DNA of 64,000 bases, taken from the NCBI RefSeq assembly GCF_009914755.1, contig NC_060925.1, one strand, 5' to 3'. The DNA is from the human T2T-CHM13v2.0 reference genome, Homo sapiens. A program made the position numbers and the translations under genes. The notes beneath the pieces were generated by a model, which did not search any database, had not been told where the DNA came from, and worked only from the letters and a program-made list of their open reading frames with translations. This document shows positions 62,345-64,000 of the stretch, piece after piece (the first letter of the stretch is position 1; each line of letters begins with the position of its first letter).

Positions 62345-62934
62345 AAATAAGGCCTTTCTTTTTCTTCCCTTTGTAGGATTCCTATGGGTTTGGCAAAGAT
62401 CTCACTCTATTTACTATATTATCTTCACTTTCATTCTGCTGCCAGAATGCCCTGGGCAACAATGACCCAGTGACAGACAGGTAAAAGTGGAGCTCCTTGG
62501 TTTGTTCTAATTATCTCAATATTTTTACCATAAATTTGACAACATGCTCTCTCAACACTGTTTCATCCCAGATTTCCAGCTCCAGGCCTTTAAACAAGAA
62601 CTTACGGAAAGACTCTGCTCTCCTAGTATCCCAACTTGTGAGCTGTTTTCTCTTTTCCACAGATAAATATTTTCTGCACTTCTAATTAAAATGCTTGTGT
62701 TAAAATTCCTTCAAGAAAAAGTGAAATCTTTTCCTCCAATGTCAGGAAGCTTTTCAGGAAGTCACAAGTACACAGCCATATTGAAAAAGTGAGAAAGAGA
62801 GATTGAGCGACATCAGACACGAAGAGAAAAGTGGTAGTTCTGGTGTTAGCTGAGTTTCAAAAATATATTGTATGGTAAGTTTATGTAATATTTATGATAC
62901 TCAAAATTACACAGGATTTGTGGAGCCAGAGTTA

Positions 62935-63105
62935 AAGAACATGGATTGCAAAGGGGCAAAAAAAAAATTGAGATCATAGATATGTTCTATATCTTGATTG
63001 GGGTGGAAATTACATAGGTTTATTTATCTCAAGCTCATGAAGCTTTACATTTAAATTGAATAATTTTATTGTTTGCATATTGCACCTAATCAAAATTGAT
63101 TAAGC
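62935..63105 (+). mobile_element. L1ME-like 3' terminus
   Basis: gcaaaggggca..atgttctatatcttgattg.ggtgg..ttacat..ttttattgt. Confidence 0.65.
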
Positions 63106-63329
63106 AATGTTATTTATAGTTTGTAGTTATTATCTATGCTTGTAAACAAATGTACACCCATATGTACAAGGAACTTAGGAAGAGACATAGGAAGATGGGA
63201 TATGAATATTTCTGTATAGCTTATCATTTCTCTGTTGTATGAAGTGATAGCAATATGTGTTAAATTTGGAGTACATAAGTATCTTATTTTCAGTATTATG
63301 CTTTTTATCGAAAATTTGAAATTTTAATT

Positions 63330-64000
63330 TTAAAATTTTTTATTGTGCTAAAAATGTAGATACATATACAGCTTAGGAAAAAATAAAGTGAAAGCCTGCA
63401 TACCCTTTAACTAGTTTTCCCAAATAGTATCAGTTTGGAAAATCATAGCTCAACATTACAAGCAGGATATTAACATTAAAGCAGTCTAGATACATAACAT
63501 TGCCATCACCAGGGTCGGTCATGTTTCTCTTTCATAGGCACATACAATTTCTTCCCACTCTGATTCCTTACTTAATTCCCGGCAATCACTGACCTATATT
63601 ATGTCATTACAAGTCTGATATATAAATGGAGACATATAGTGTATAAACTCTGAAACTGATTTTTTTCACTCAGCATAATTATCTGAATATTTATCCAGGT
63701 TGTTTTGTTTATCATAATAGTATTCCAGGGTGTGGAAGTATTACAGTTTGTTTAAACATTTACCCATTGAAGGACATCTGAGTTGTTTGCAGTGTTTGCC
63801 TATCATGAAAACATCTTCTATAAACATTAGTCTTCAGGTTTTTGTGTGAAAACAAGTCTTAAGTATTCTGGAATAAACACCTAGGTATGCAGTTTCTGGG
63901 TTTTATGGTAGTTGCATGTTTAATTTTTGTTTGAGAAACTGACAAACTGTTTTCCAGAGTGACTGTGAAATTTTACCTTCACACCAATAATGTATGAGTC
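63330..64000 (-). mobile_element. L1MC1/2-like 3' end (runs off the window)
   Basis: caggatattaacatt..aacattgccatcacca; ttttttcactcagcataatt; cccattgaaggacatctg; aaactg.caaactgttttccagagtg. Confidence 0.8.

Overview
AT-rich, CpG-poor primate (human-like) genomic DNA with no CpG island and no recognisable protein-coding gene, RNA gene or processed pseudogene. The longer ORFs in the track come from L1, Alu, THE1 or microsatellite sequence. Much of the window is transposon-derived: 10 Alus plus a monomer; four multi-kb primate L1s, three of them 5'-inverted (twin-primed); a full-length THE1 MaLR; solo LTRs (MER21, MER50, MER41A, MER11D, MER39, LTR16A, LTR33, several MLT1); DNA transposon relics (MER103, MADE1, MER2, Zaphod, Tigger3a); and old L1M/L2/MIR fragments. 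Family and subfamily names are from recalled consensus sequences, not a database search. I found no demonstrable new biological system. The best leads: (i) a ~4.8 kb repeat-free island (29.7-34.5 kb) with well-formed minus-strand candidate exons (31903-32010, 28042-28121) flanking a MER11D LTR; (ii) a concentric inverted L1PB/L1PA arrangement centred on that island, with a possible short conversion tract; (iii) several LTR families known as placental/endometrial regulatory donors occurring together; (iv) several unusual insertion-junction structures.
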